From IMG/VR virus record IMGVR_UViG_2923159863_000006: DNA of 64,000 bases. One strand, given 5' to 3'. The translations under genes and the position numbers were made by a program. This document shows positions 11,205-20,046 of this stretch, piece by piece. Under the pieces are notes generated by a model. It was given only the letters and a program-made list of their open reading frames with translations. It was not told the origin of the DNA and did not search any database. Every line of letters begins with the position of its first letter. Positions within the stretch are counted from its first letter, which is position 1. The DNA is from a virus (lineage: Duplodnaviria; Heunggongvirae; Uroviricota; Caudoviricetes).

Positions 11205-11924
11205 ATGAGGGGCGCAACGTTGCACAGGCTGATCGATATCTACGCCGACAGTCGCCGTGACCTGCGCGTCCGTTTGGCGGCCCTCCGGATGTTCGTCCGC
11301 GCGGTGTGCGCCGATCGCAACACCAGCTTCGCCGAGTATCGCCTGATGCGTCGGCGGCTCCTCAAGGGCATGCCGTTCACCGAGCAGGCGCTTGAACGCG
11401 AACGAGCGGCATATCTGGATCGCACCAGAGCTGCGAGGCAAGCCATGGAGGAGAGCGGCGCCTGGCTTATCGGAAACTCAGCCATGATCGAGCAGGCCCT
11501 GTCGTTCGACGATCTGTGCGACCTCCTGGTGGTGAACCATGCCCACCGTGCCGAGGCTGCCGAGGTCTGCGCGGGCGACGCCGGAGTCGTTGGCGGCCTG
11601 CTCTGGATTGGCGGGGAGTTCGAGGACAGCGCAGACCACAAGAGCGGCCGCTCCAACCGAGGGAACACGGGGCCACTTACCGCTGCGGTCCAGAACCTGT
11701 TTCAGAAGTTCTTGCTTGAAAACCCGTCGGCCATCCCTGACCCGTTCGCCCTGGGTGGCCCTTTCTACGGCGCCCTGCGGCAGGAGATGGCGCCAGATGG
11801 AACGGTGCAGATTCGGCGACCGGCACTCACCGTCCACAGCCTGGACGGATCGACCCGTACGGTTGAGCGAAAGCCGGAGGCGTATTCGGTAGTGGCGAAA
11901 GATGGTGGGGGTCGCCATGGCTAG
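11205..11924 (+). CDS. Hypothetical protein (239 aa)
   Basis: Intact ORF, no recognisable motifs. Confidence 0.4.
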   Translation: MRGATLHRLIDIYADSRRDLRVRLAALRMFVRAVCADRNTSFAEYRLMRRRLLKGMPFTEQALERERAAYLDRTRAARQAMEESGAWLIGNSAMIEQALSFDDLCDLLVVNHAHRAEAAEVCAGDAGVVGGLLWIGGEFEDSADHKSGRSNRGNTGPLTAAVQNLFQKFLLENPSAIPDPFALGGPFYGALRQEMAPDGTVQIRRPALTVHSLDGSTRTVERKPEAYSVVAKDGGGRHG

Positions 11925-12246
11925 AACTCTGCTTCGCGTGATGAGGGGAGAGTTTGCGTTCTACCTGACCGAAGGGTCGAAGGGAGGCAAGAAAGGTGGG
12001 GCGCGCTGGGCCTTATACCGAACCAGCGGGTACGGGAAGATCAAGGACGGATTCGTCTTCGTCAACAGCGGTGACCGCGCCAGGCTGCTGGCAATGACGA
12101 ACGACGGTGAACGGATGGATGCCTGCCAGGCACTGTTCGACAGTAAGAAACGCCGGGCCTACGTTCGGCGCTGCGAGATTCGCGGCCCATCCGGCCGCTG
12201 GGAGGGGCTTGCATTCAAGCCTAGGCCTCAGGAATGCGCTACCTGA
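11902..12246 (+). CDS. Hypothetical protein (114 aa)
   Basis: ORF only. Confidence 0.3.
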   Translation: MVGVAMARTLLRVMRGEFAFYLTEGSKGGKKGGARWALYRTSGYGKIKDGFVFVNSGDRARLLAMTNDGERMDACQALFDSKKRRAYVRRCEIRGPSGRWEGLAFKPRPQECAT

Positions 12247-12509
12247 CTGTTAAAAAATTCGCCAGCGAGTCTGGCTACACCGAAGACGCCGTGCGCTCGA
12301 AGATCCGCGACGGAATCTGGCGCCTCGGCGAGATATGGAAAAAAGCACCGGATGGCCGGACGCTTATTGATGTAGAGGGGTATGAAGCATGGGTAGAGAT
12401 GGGCGGGGAGTCAGGGCAGTCTCTGATTCGAGTATCGAAATCACGTTCATGTATCGCGGCGTCAGGTGCCGGGAGCGCATCTCGCTCAAGCCCACCGCCA
12501 CTAACCTGA
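12234..12509 (+). CDS. xis: Phage excisionase-like HTH protein
   Basis: LTVKKFASESGYTEDAVRSKIRDGIWRLGEIWKKAPDGRTLIDVEGYEAWVE, immediately upstream of and overlapping int. Confidence 0.55.
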   Translation: MRYLTVKKFASESGYTEDAVRSKIRDGIWRLGEIWKKAPDGRTLIDVEGYEAWVEMGGESGQSLIRVSKSRSCIAASGAGSASRSSPPPLT

Positions 12510-13543
12510 AGCGAGCAGAGCAGCACAAGGCGGCTATCGAACATGCGATCGCCGCCGGTACCTTCGACTACTCGGTGACATTTCCTGGATCTCCGCGCGC
12601 CGCCAAGTTTGCGCCTGAGGCGTCACGCGAGACGGTTGCGGGATTCCTTGGCCGATGGCTTGAGTCGAAGCGCAAGCACGTCTCCAGCAGCACCTTCGAG
12701 GGCTACAGGAAGATTGTAGAGCTTCGTCTGGTGCCGGCCCTTGGGCCCGTCATGGTGGTCGACCTGAAGCGGAAGGCCGTCAAGGATTGGCTGGACACCC
12801 TGAAGGTGAGCAACAAGACGCTCAGCAATATCCAGAGCTGCCTACGCTCGGCCCTCAGTGATGCGATGGAAGAGGAACTGATCGACAGCAACCCCCTCGC
12901 CGGCTGGACATACGCAAGGAAGGGAGAGGTCAAGGACGACGACGTGGACCCATTCTCGCCGGAAGAGCAGCAGGCGATTCTGAGTGCCCTCGATGGTCAA
13001 GGGCGGAACCTAGTACAGTTCGCATTCTGGACGGGGATGCGTACCAGCGAACTCGTCGGCCTCGAGTGGGGCGATATTGACTGGCTCCGCGGCGAGGTGC
13101 GCGTCACCCGCGCCATGACCCAGGCAGCCAAGGGAAAAGCGGAGGTGACGAAGACCACTTCCGGCCGGCGCAGCATCAAGCTGCTCGGCCCTGCGCTGGA
13201 AGCCTTGAAGGCGCAAAAGGAATTCACCTACCTGGCCAATCAGGAAGTCTTCCAGAACCCGAGGACGGGCGAGCGATGGGCCGGCGACGGACCGATCCGG
13301 AAAACACTCTGGGTTTACGCGCTGAAGAAGGCCGGCGTGCGCTACCGTCGTCCGTACCAGACCCGGCACACCTACGCATCCATGATGCTGTCTGCCGGGG
13401 AGCATCCGATGTGGGTAGCCACACAGATGGGGCACAGCGACTGGACCATGATTGCCAGGGTATATGGCAGATGGATGCCTGCCGCAGATGCGTCGGCAGG
13501 GGAAAAGCTGAGCAGATGTGGCAAGGCGACGAGCCTCAATTGA
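12389..13543 (+). CDS. int: Lambda-family tyrosine integrase (384 aa) with an arm-type N-terminal domain
   Basis: DSSIEITFMYRGVRCRERISLKPT...GTFDY matches lambda Int N-terminus. C-terminal R..H..R..Y catalytic region (YQTRHTYASMMLSAG ... GHSDWTMIARVYGRW). Confidence 0.85.
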   Translation: MGRDGRGVRAVSDSSIEITFMYRGVRCRERISLKPTATNLKRAEQHKAAIEHAIAAGTFDYSVTFPGSPRAAKFAPEASRETVAGFLGRWLESKRKHVSSSTFEGYRKIVELRLVPALGPVMVVDLKRKAVKDWLDTLKVSNKTLSNIQSCLRSALSDAMEEELIDSNPLAGWTYARKGEVKDDDVDPFSPEEQQAILSALDGQGRNLVQFAFWTGMRTSELVGLEWGDIDWLRGEVRVTRAMTQAAKGKAEVTKTTSGRRSIKLLGPALEALKAQKEFTYLANQEVFQNPRTGERWAGDGPIRKTLWVYALKKAGVRYRRPYQTRHTYASMMLSAGEHPMWVATQMGHSDWTMIARVYGRWMPAADASAGEKLSRCGKATSLN

Positions 13544-13578
13544 CATCCTTGAAGGCTAGCGGATAATCATCGACCGTT

Positions 13579-14076
13579 TTGATGTCACATGCTATACACA
13601 CGTTATCCACAGGAAATGACCAAGGAGGTCTTATGCCAAGCTCTATCGATGTGGCGAAGTTTTTCCTCGCCCAATCCAACGAAGAGGCCGGCGACCTTGT
13701 GTCCAACCTGAAGCTGCAGAAGCTCGTGTACTACGCTCAGGGCTTCCATCTCGCCGTCTACGATGAGCCTTTGTTCACTGACTCCATCGAAGCATGGACG
13801 CACGGTCCTGTCGTGCCGAACGTCTATCACCACTACAAGCAGTTCGGCTCGGGCAGCATCCCAGCGCCCATAGACTTCAATCTGGAAGCGTTCAGCCCCG
13901 AGCAAGTAGAACTGCTCAATGAAGTGCAGCAGATCTACGGGCAGTATTCGGCTTGGCGACTGCGCGAGATGACCCACGAAGAAGCCCCCTGGCGGAACAA
14001 TTATCAGGCAGGGGCGATGAGCCGTGAAATTCCTGCGGACGACATGCGCCAGTTCTTTAAAACCCTTGTGAAGTAA
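13579..14076 (+). CDS. Panacea-domain (DUF4065, SocA/GepA-like) protein
   Basis: LKLQKLVYYAQGFHLAVYDEPLFTDSIEAWTHGPVVPNVYHHYKQFG is the DUF4065 signature. Alternative start at 13633. Confidence 0.65.
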   Translation: MMSHAIHTLSTGNDQGGLMPSSIDVAKFFLAQSNEEAGDLVSNLKLQKLVYYAQGFHLAVYDEPLFTDSIEAWTHGPVVPNVYHHYKQFGSGSIPAPIDFNLEAFSPEQVELLNEVQQIYGQYSAWRLREMTHEEAPWRNNYQAGAMSREIPADDMRQFFKTLVK

Positions 14077-14085
14077 GGGCGTGGC

Positions 14086-14499
14086 ATGGCACGTCTCAGG
14101 GATAGAGGCTCTAAAAGCAGTCTATTACTCAAGGAAAGGCCAGCACCTACTGAGAACCCGGAGCTGAAGCCGCCTTTGTTTTCCTTCGAGTTCATGCAGG
14201 CGGATTACTGCGTGTCGGAGTGCACGTCTGATGAGAGAAGCCAGGTACTATCCAAGCTTCGCACTCTCAGCCAAATGTCTTGGCAACAGATCAAGCAAGC
14301 CCCTCGCCATGGTCTTGGGTTCGAGATTATCGGGCGTCCATCCTTCAAGGCCGCAATTCCAGCCTTCGTTACAGACGACACCAACCTGATCTCATTCCGT
14401 GCAATTGGCAAAGCCCCAATGGTCGGGTATCGCGACGGTCGGGTATTTCACATCCTTTGGATCGATAGAGATTTCACCGTATACGATCACGGGTCTTAG
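14086..14499 (+). CDS. Hypothetical 137-aa protein immediately downstream of the Panacea gene (candidate toxin/effector partner)
   Basis: Intact ORF 9 nt after the DUF4065 gene. No recognisable family. Confidence 0.45.
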   Translation: MARLRDRGSKSSLLLKERPAPTENPELKPPLFSFEFMQADYCVSECTSDERSQVLSKLRTLSQMSWQQIKQAPRHGLGFEIIGRPSFKAAIPAFVTDDTNLISFRAIGKAPMVGYRDGRVFHILWIDRDFTVYDHGS

Positions 14500-14503
14500 C
14501 TGT

Positions 14504-14525
14504 AATGACAGCCTTATGACAGCTT
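14504..14525 (+). repeat. 22-bp direct repeat, left copy (gtaatgacagccttatgacagc)
   Basis: Repeated with 2 mismatches at 14664-14685. The two copies flank the tmRNA fragment and its terminator. Confidence 0.5.
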
Positions 14526-14529
14526 CCAG

Positions 14530-14587
14530 CCTGGAAGCCGCGTCAAATGGGGGCTAGATGCGGGTTCAAATCCCCCCGGCTCCACCA
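14530..14587 (+). ncRNA. ssrA: 3'-terminal fragment of tmRNA (ssrA), att-site remnant, not a complete gene
   Basis: GGATGCGGGTTCAAATCCCCCCGGCTCCACCA matches the tmRNA T-arm and acceptor end (E. coli GGACGCGGGTTCAACTCCCGCCAGCTCCACCA). No upstream tmRNA or tRNA body. Confidence 0.55.
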
Positions 14588-14604
14588 AACAACCCTTACA
14601 AATC

Positions 14605-14637
14605 AGGCACTTAGCGATTATCGCAAGTGCCTTTTTT
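14605..14637 (+). terminator. Rho-independent terminator (native ssrA terminator carried with the fragment)
   Basis: aggcacttagcgattatcgcaagtgcc hairpin followed by TTTTTT. Confidence 0.55.
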
Positions 14638-14663
14638 GTGCCTGAATGGGCTGTTTTGGCTCG

Positions 14664-14685
14664 GTAATGCCAGCTTTATGACAGC
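14664..14685 (+). repeat. 22-bp direct repeat, right copy
   Basis: gtaatgccagctttatgacagc. Confidence 0.5.
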
Positions 14686-14688
14686 CTG

Positions 14689-14790
14689 TCATTCACCTCT
14701 GTTCGCCTCCGGCAGCGGGAAGCGCACCCTGATCTCATCGACCTTGCGACCCAAGCGCTGTAGTCCGGTTCAGCGCCGGCCTTGACGTGC
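14689..14790 (-). pseudogene. 3' fragment of a tail-fibre-assembly-like gene (diverged duplicate of 15107-15346)
   Basis: Minus-strand translation HVKAGAEPDYSAWVA.VDEIRVRFPLPEAN aligns with DAIKAGVEPDYSAWMAKVEEIKARFPLP. About 75 percent nucleotide identity to 15120-15200. Confidence 0.5.
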
Positions 14791-15106
14791 GGAAAGGGAA
14801 TTTAAACGCTCAACAAAGCACAACAATATCACCGGCCGCCACACGCTCGGACAGGAATGTCAGCTTGCCGATCCCTTCCTGCAGAAATCGGCTGAGTTGC
14901 TCGATGCACTCGCGCTGGTCATCAGTGAGGCTGAACTCAGCCTCCATGCTTTCCATCAGGTCAAGGCAACACTGGTTGAGGAATCCCACCTCCAGTAACT
15001 CCGCCCGGAGCCTACGCCGCAACATCTCGTCCATACCAACATCCCTATCTACTCCGCATATCAGACTGTCGGAACGTGGCAAAAACGTGAACCTCGTCAC
15101 AACTAC

Positions 15107-15346
15107 CTATTCAGCTAGTGGACTAGGCAACGGGAAGCGGGCCTTGATCTCCTCGACCTTGGCCATCCAGGCAGAGTAGTCCGGTTCCACGCCGGCCTTG
15201 ATAGCGTCGAACTCGGCCTCGGTCTTGAGCGGGTCACTCTCCAGGCGGTAGGCATTTGCCCGAGCCACGGCTGCGGCATCGTACTCAGCCTGCCAGCGTT
15301 CTTGCGCCTGCTGTTCAGCGGTCTTTACCTGGCTCCAGTCGATCAT
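15107..15346 (-). CDS. Tail fibre assembly / chaperone-like protein (79 aa)
   Basis: Last gene of a tiled minus-strand tail-fibre operon. Tfa-like size and position. Confidence 0.45.
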   Translation of the reverse strand: MIDWSQVKTAEQQAQERWQAEYDAAAVARANAYRLESDPLKTEAEFDAIKAGVEPDYSAWMAKVEEIKARFPLPSPLAE

Positions 15347-15654
15347 CGCGGTAACTCCACAGGTCCATCAGCCTCGATCAGCAACGGTTCAGGGAAGCGA
15401 GCGGCGGCACTGGCATCAGCGGCCAGCGGGAACCGCAGGGTTAGTTCCAGCCGGCCATTCCTTCGCGCCACAGGACCAGCGAATAACTCCGATCCAATGG
15501 CCTCGGTCGGCAACTCGCCGCCCTCCGGGAGCGGAGTGAAGTCGAACGCCTGGCCGTTCACGGTGAGTACATCGCCAGCCCTGCTCAGTGACAGGCGCTC
15601 GTCGCTTCCCGGCAGCGGAGCAAACGGTGACAACTTGATGATCATCAGAACCAC
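15343..15654 (-). CDS. Hypothetical tail-associated protein (103 aa)
   Basis: Overlaps neighbours by 4 and 10 nt. Confidence 0.35.
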   Translation of the reverse strand: MVLMIIKLSPFAPLPGSDERLSLSRAGDVLTVNGQAFDFTPLPEGGELPTEAIGSELFAGPVARRNGRLELTLRFPLAADASAAARFPEPLLIEADGPVELPR

Positions 15655-16208
15655 CTCCCCACAACCATAATGCTCAACCCGTTGGTACCAAGGTCTTCAT
15701 TCAAGTAGAAAGTAACTTGGTCCCCGCCCATGTAGCCGCCCCTAACCCCCGCCGCAGCCGATGGCCAGCCGCTGAACGGTATCCAGTTGACGATGAGGCT
15801 ATATGAGGATCCTCCGATAAACTCAGCCGCCAACTGCACTGTGTTGGGCCCTGCTTGGTAGTTGCTACCAGACCCCGTGATTTGGCGTATGCAAATCTGA
15901 GTTCCATCTGCAAACCGAACGAACTCACCATTCGCGTTGCTGCCACGCTGGATCACCGCGCCAGTCGGTACGCCGCTCGACTGCGAAACGGCGCCCAGAA
16001 TGCTGTCTCGAGAGTACAAAGCCCCAGTTGAACCCAGGGCAGGTCTAACTGCAGCACTCCCAAGCCCAAGGGACGTGCGCGCACCAGCGGCGGTTGCAGC
16101 TCCTGTTCCGCCGAGTGCTACCGGCACCGTGTCGCCGTCGGCGAACTCGCGGAGACTGCCGTAGCCGTTGCCGTCGGCCTGGAGTTTCGTCGGGCGTATA
16201 TCAGCCAT
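15645..16208 (-). CDS. Tail fibre protein (distal/tip domain), 187 aa
   Basis: Gly/Ser/Ala-rich fibre-like composition, followed by chaperone-like genes. Confidence 0.5.
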   Translation of the reverse strand: MADIRPTKLQADGNGYGSLREFADGDTVPVALGGTGAATAAGARTSLGLGSAAVRPALGSTGALYSRDSILGAVSQSSGVPTGAVIQRGSNANGEFVRFADGTQICIRQITGSGSNYQAGPNTVQLAAEFIGGSSYSLIVNWIPFSGWPSAAAGVRGGYMGGDQVTFYLNEDLGTNGLSIMVVGRWF

Positions 16209-16503
16209 TGAACAGCACCTGGATGTTGAGTTGAGCGCCGGCGGCGGTGTACGCCGGCAATTGGCCGTCTGGGTTCATGGCGAGCCGCAACATAGAGCCG
16301 TCGGCGAGATACCCAGGAACAGCCGCGGGGATGCGGACGTTCATCGGGTATGCCACCACGACGCCCGCGCCGTTGGTCACGAACTGGTCGTATCCGGTGC
16401 TGCGCCGGACGAAGTAGATCGCGTTCGGCTCCAGCACCGCAGGCAACTGCGCGACGACCTTGTGGGTCTGGAGCACAGCCATTACCAGGCCGTCCCATTC
16501 CAC
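16201..16503 (-). CDS. Tail-fibre-related protein, N-terminal paralog of 16482-17075
   Basis: Shared motif LPAVLEPNAIYFV against LPGTLEPDSFYFV. Confidence 0.4.
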   Translation of the reverse strand: MEWDGLVMAVLQTHKVVAQLPAVLEPNAIYFVRRSTGYDQFVTNGAGVVVAYPMNVRIPAAVPGYLADGSMLRLAMNPDGQLPAYTAAGAQLNIQVLFNG

Positions 16504-17075
16504 TCAGCCGGGATCGGCTGGCCGTTGAAGCGCACCAGGCCAGAAGCCTCACCGAACTTGTCCAGCGTCGACTTGTTCGCGTGCGTGTGCGCCTGGGAAA
16601 CGGCAGTGTCGATCTGCGCCGGCGTCGAGGTCGGCCGCCCGTTGATTGCGTCCCAGTTGAGCTCGACGTCCATCGACTCATACTCGGCCACCTTCAGCCA
16701 GGCGCTGGTCGCCGGGTTCCAGGCGTACAGCGCAGCTCCGGACTCGACTGTCGGGTCCGCGCTCGCATCCTGAACCAGAACGAAGATTGCGCCCTCAGGC
16801 TCCAGGGCATCGCGTGCAGCGATATCCGCAACGAACAGGATCGGCGCGCCGGTGCCGGGCAAGCTGGCCAACGCATCGTTGATCAGCGCGTTGATCATCG
16901 TGCTGTTACCGATCGAGCGCGCCACGCCGGCGCTGTTCGTCAGGTAGGACTCCGAGTAGCTGCCGTTCTCGACGAAGTAGAACGAATCGGGTTCCAGCGT
17001 ACCCGGCAGGGTTGCCACTTTGAAAAATCGAATCTGGGCCATTTCATCACCAATCAGTCGCGCCCCATTGGGCAC
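16482..17075 (-). CDS. Tail fibre protein (197 aa)
   Basis: Fibre-like. HTHANKSTLDKF (HxH) motif as seen in fibre C-terminal domains. Confidence 0.5.
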   Translation of the reverse strand: MPNGARLIGDEMAQIRFFKVATLPGTLEPDSFYFVENGSYSESYLTNSAGVARSIGNSTMINALINDALASLPGTGAPILFVADIAARDALEPEGAIFVLVQDASADPTVESGAALYAWNPATSAWLKVAEYESMDVELNWDAINGRPTSTPAQIDTAVSQAHTHANKSTLDKFGEASGLVRFNGQPIPAEWNGTAW

Positions 17076-17230
17076 CGTCTACGCCATCCCTCCCGGGAGG
17101 CCCTTGGTCACCCGCAACAACCACAAGCACATCGGCCGGCGGCGTCACGGTGACCGCGTATTCCTGCATCTCGCTGAGCACAAGCGGCTCGCAATCAACC
17201 TCGATCGCCAGCGCCCAGGGCTCGGCGGCG

Positions 17231-17917
17231 TCATCCATCGCACCCTCCCCCACGGCTCACAGTGATCGGTCCGCTGTAGTAGCGATGGACCGTGCCATCT
17301 GGGTATGTCACGTCCACGTCGTAGACCGCCGACGCCCATGCCAACGCCGCGGTATCGGAGGCCGATATCTCCCGCGAGATCGTTCCGGCGCCAGCGATCT
17401 CAAGGCCGGAGCCGAGCGCCAGCGTCATCAGCACAGTCCCGCCTGGCGCGTCGCGGATCTGCATCCGTACCTCGGCGCCAGCCAGGTCAACGGGTGGCTG
17501 GTAGATCAATTGCCCGCCCACAGGCGCCAGCCCAACGGCTGAAAGCAGGTTGATCTCGACGGTGTTGTCGTCGATGGACGCGACCCGGTGAGGCAGTTGC
17601 CGAAGCCGGGCGCGGTTCAGTTCGGGCATGCCCTGGACGCCATCTATCCATGCCAGCCACGTGCCGGGCAATCCGTGCCCAGGGATGGTCAGCCGGACGG
17701 GAGCAGTCGGCGCGACCTGGGTGATCGGCCGATAGACCAGGCTCGGTTGCATGATCCGCATCGTGTCGCGGAACGTCGCCCCTTTTTCAATGCGCAGGGT
17801 ACACAGGCCGGCGTCATGCGGCTTCTCCTTTGGAGGGATCAAACGTAGGAATAGAAAGCGCTGGGGTCGTTGCGTATAGCGTCGCCGGTGAGAGGGTTGT
17901 AGGAGCCCTTGCCCCAC
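17231..17917 (-). CDS. Tail / host-specificity-associated hypothetical protein (228 aa)
   Basis: Part of the tiled minus-strand operon. Confidence 0.35.
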   Translation of the reverse strand: MGQGLLQPSHRRRYTQRPQRFLFLRLIPPKEKPHDAGLCTLRIEKGATFRDTMRIMQPSLVYRPITQVAPTAPVRLTIPGHGLPGTWLAWIDGVQGMPELNRARLRQLPHRVASIDDNTVEINLLSAVGLAPVGGQLIYQPPVDLAGAEVRMQIRDAPGGTVLMTLALGSGLEIAGAGTISREISASDTAALAWASAVYDVDVTYPDGTVHRYYSGPITVSRGGGCDG

Positions 17918-17927
17918 GCCTCCATCT

Positions 17928-18533
17928 CTAACGGGGAAAAGCCACTAACATCCACATCAACCTGACGCGATCCGTGGGGCCATGCGGGGTGAGAGCCACT
18001 CCAGCAAACCGACGGTCTCTACCACGATAGAAAAAAAGGCCTAGAAGCTTGTTTGAGTATCTAAGCACCGGCCACGCAGATTGGTCGCTTATCGTCGACG
18101 GACGCCCCGGGAACAGCTCAATTGGCGACGACCAGTCCAATCCTTCCGCATAACTGTCGCCAACATCAGGAGTAAGCAGGTATATATCACCCAAGCTAAT
18201 AGACTCCGATCCACTCGCGACACTTTGACCAGTGATGCTGTCAGTCCATTGGATAGAACCAGGCCCATTAAGAACCCCGCTCGTAGAAAGCGAGTTGTAC
18301 AGCGACTCTGAGGACCCGCCGGAAGAAGAGCTCAAGGTGTAGGAAAACGAAATATCTTCGGTCATGCTAAATGAGATGTGATCGCCAGAGATACCTGCCG
18401 AGCGCGACATCGTTGACACGATAGAAACTTCGAGCGTTATTAGTTCAAGGGAGCCAGACAATCCATACCACGCTCCAGCAGTTGACCTTGCGCGAAGTGA
18501 TGCTGAAAACTCTCCGATTAGAACTCTATACAC
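17928..18533 (-). CDS. Ser-rich tail-fibre-like protein (201 aa), low-GC segment
   Basis: Composition. Local GC about 50 percent against about 62 percent in the flanks. Confidence 0.3.
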   Translation of the reverse strand: MYRVLIGEFSASLRARSTAGAWYGLSGSLELITLEVSIVSTMSRSAGISGDHISFSMTEDISFSYTLSSSSGGSSESLYNSLSTSGVLNGPGSIQWTDSITGQSVASGSESISLGDIYLLTPDVGDSYAEGLDWSSPIELFPGRPSTISDQSAWPVLRYSNKLLGLFFYRGRDRRFAGVALTPHGPTDRVRLMWMLVAFPR

Positions 18534-19330
18534 GTGAGGCGCCCACGGATGCCCCGGGTATGGCGGGGTGGCGGCTCTCCACTGCTTTCATTGAACGGGC
18601 CGTCTGGGTCCTCCGGCGTCCCACGCCAAAAGCGGGTATGGGTATTCGGGTCAACATCTGTTCGACTGCTGTCGATAGTCTCGAATTGTATTCGCTCCCA
18701 AGGTGCAACCACGGACAGTTCCGCTTGAAAGCTGTTCGCGCCGCTCGCACTCACACGCAACTCAAGCATCCCACCAACACCAATGAATCCACTCCCAGCG
18801 GTCTCTTGGTATCTAGCCAGGTAGAGACGGCGTGTTCCGTCGTTATTTACATCCAGAACTTCGAAAGAGATACCGTCCGGCTTGACGGGCAATCCAAGGT
18901 CTGACAGAGATATTGCATTGCTACTGACCGTCCCAGAAAACCCTGTAAATCCATCCCGAAACAAACAGCTAGCAGCTATTGTTTCGAGAAAAAAATTGTA
19001 TTGAACGCTTACGCCGTATCGAATCGTGTAACCACGTATAAATGCAGGCTGTAAGGAAACCCCGCCATAAGCTTCGGACAAATCCGTTCCACGCAAAATC
19101 GCTCGGTTTAGCCACTGCTCATCTGGATCATCGGTTTCCACTTCAGGGATAGGCATGCCTACGTCCCAAAGGGCCGTATTATTTGCGAGCCTGACAGGCG
19201 GCATCTTCATCGTTCGCCCGCTTGGTAACGTCAATGTCGAATCAACGGCGTTGATTGGCTGTCGTATTAGGCCGTGCCATGGCCACCCCCATACCTGCGG
19301 AGCTTCATCGAGCGGGCTATTGGGAAACAT
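18518..19330 (-). CDS. Tail-fibre / receptor-binding-like protein (270 aa), low-GC segment
   Basis: Operon tiling. Lower GC. Confidence 0.35.
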   Translation of the reverse strand: MFPNSPLDEAPQVWGWPWHGLIRQPINAVDSTLTLPSGRTMKMPPVRLANNTALWDVGMPIPEVETDDPDEQWLNRAILRGTDLSEAYGGVSLQPAFIRGYTIRYGVSVQYNFFLETIAASCLFRDGFTGFSGTVSSNAISLSDLGLPVKPDGISFEVLDVNNDGTRRLYLARYQETAGSGFIGVGGMLELRVSASGANSFQAELSVVAPWERIQFETIDSSRTDVDPNTHTRFWRGTPEDPDGPFNESSGEPPPRHTRGIRGRLTCIEF

Positions 19331-19637
19331 CGTTCGCGTACTCCATCACAACTTCTGCGCCTGACGCGTCGGTCATGACGATCTTCTTCACGCTGCGATA
19401 CCGGAGCCAGGCCAGGCCATCGCTGGTGGGGATTGTCTGCAGTTCGTAGTATTCGCGCTGGCCAGCATCTTCCTCGATCAGGGGGCTCGCAATACCGCCA
19501 CCCCCGCCGATCTGCTTGCCTGCGGGGTTGTAGTCGGCCCTGCCGCGCGCAGCATCCAGAGCCCCGCGCGGATCGATTTTCCGCAGCGACCGCGCCTGAC
19601 GCTCCGGCTCGATCAGCCGGTTGAGCGCCGCCGTCAA
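19317..19637 (-). CDS. Hypothetical tail protein (106 aa)
   Basis: Operon tiling. Confidence 0.3.
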   Translation of the reverse strand: MTAALNRLIEPERQARSLRKIDPRGALDAARGRADYNPAGKQIGGGGGIASPLIEEDAGQREYYELQTIPTSDGLAWLRYRSVKKIVMTDASGAEVVMEYANDVSQ

Positions 19638-20046
19638 GCCCTGGTCACCGCGTCGCTCCGCTTCGACCCGCTGGCCGCCGGCGCGGCGGATCGCTTCGTC
19701 CTTGCGCCGATGCCGCGGCGCTCATCTGATAGAGCCATGATCCACCTCCGTTATGCCGGCGCAGGCATGTCAGCGAGTACAAGCATGGTCATCGTCCCAG
19801 CGATGGCGTCGTAATACACCCGCGCCCAGGCCTCACCAGCTAGGTCTATGCCTCGGATCTGGAATCCATACTCGCGGGTTGAAGCCCAATTCCTCTGCAT
19901 CCCGACGATGAACGTCCCACCCGGCAAGTCGACGCCACCGCGGTCCCGACGAAAAACACTGAATCTGCGTTCCCTTGACGTGCAAATCAAATTGCCGAGA
20001 AGAGGCTGTCTCGATATCGACAGCCCCGATCTCGTTCTCAGGAATG

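Noticed and set aside
14530-14587. Possible tRNA gene
   Set aside because: Only the T-arm, acceptor 3' strand and CCA are present. There is no D-arm, anticodon arm or 5' acceptor strand. Interpreted as a tmRNA 3' att remnant.
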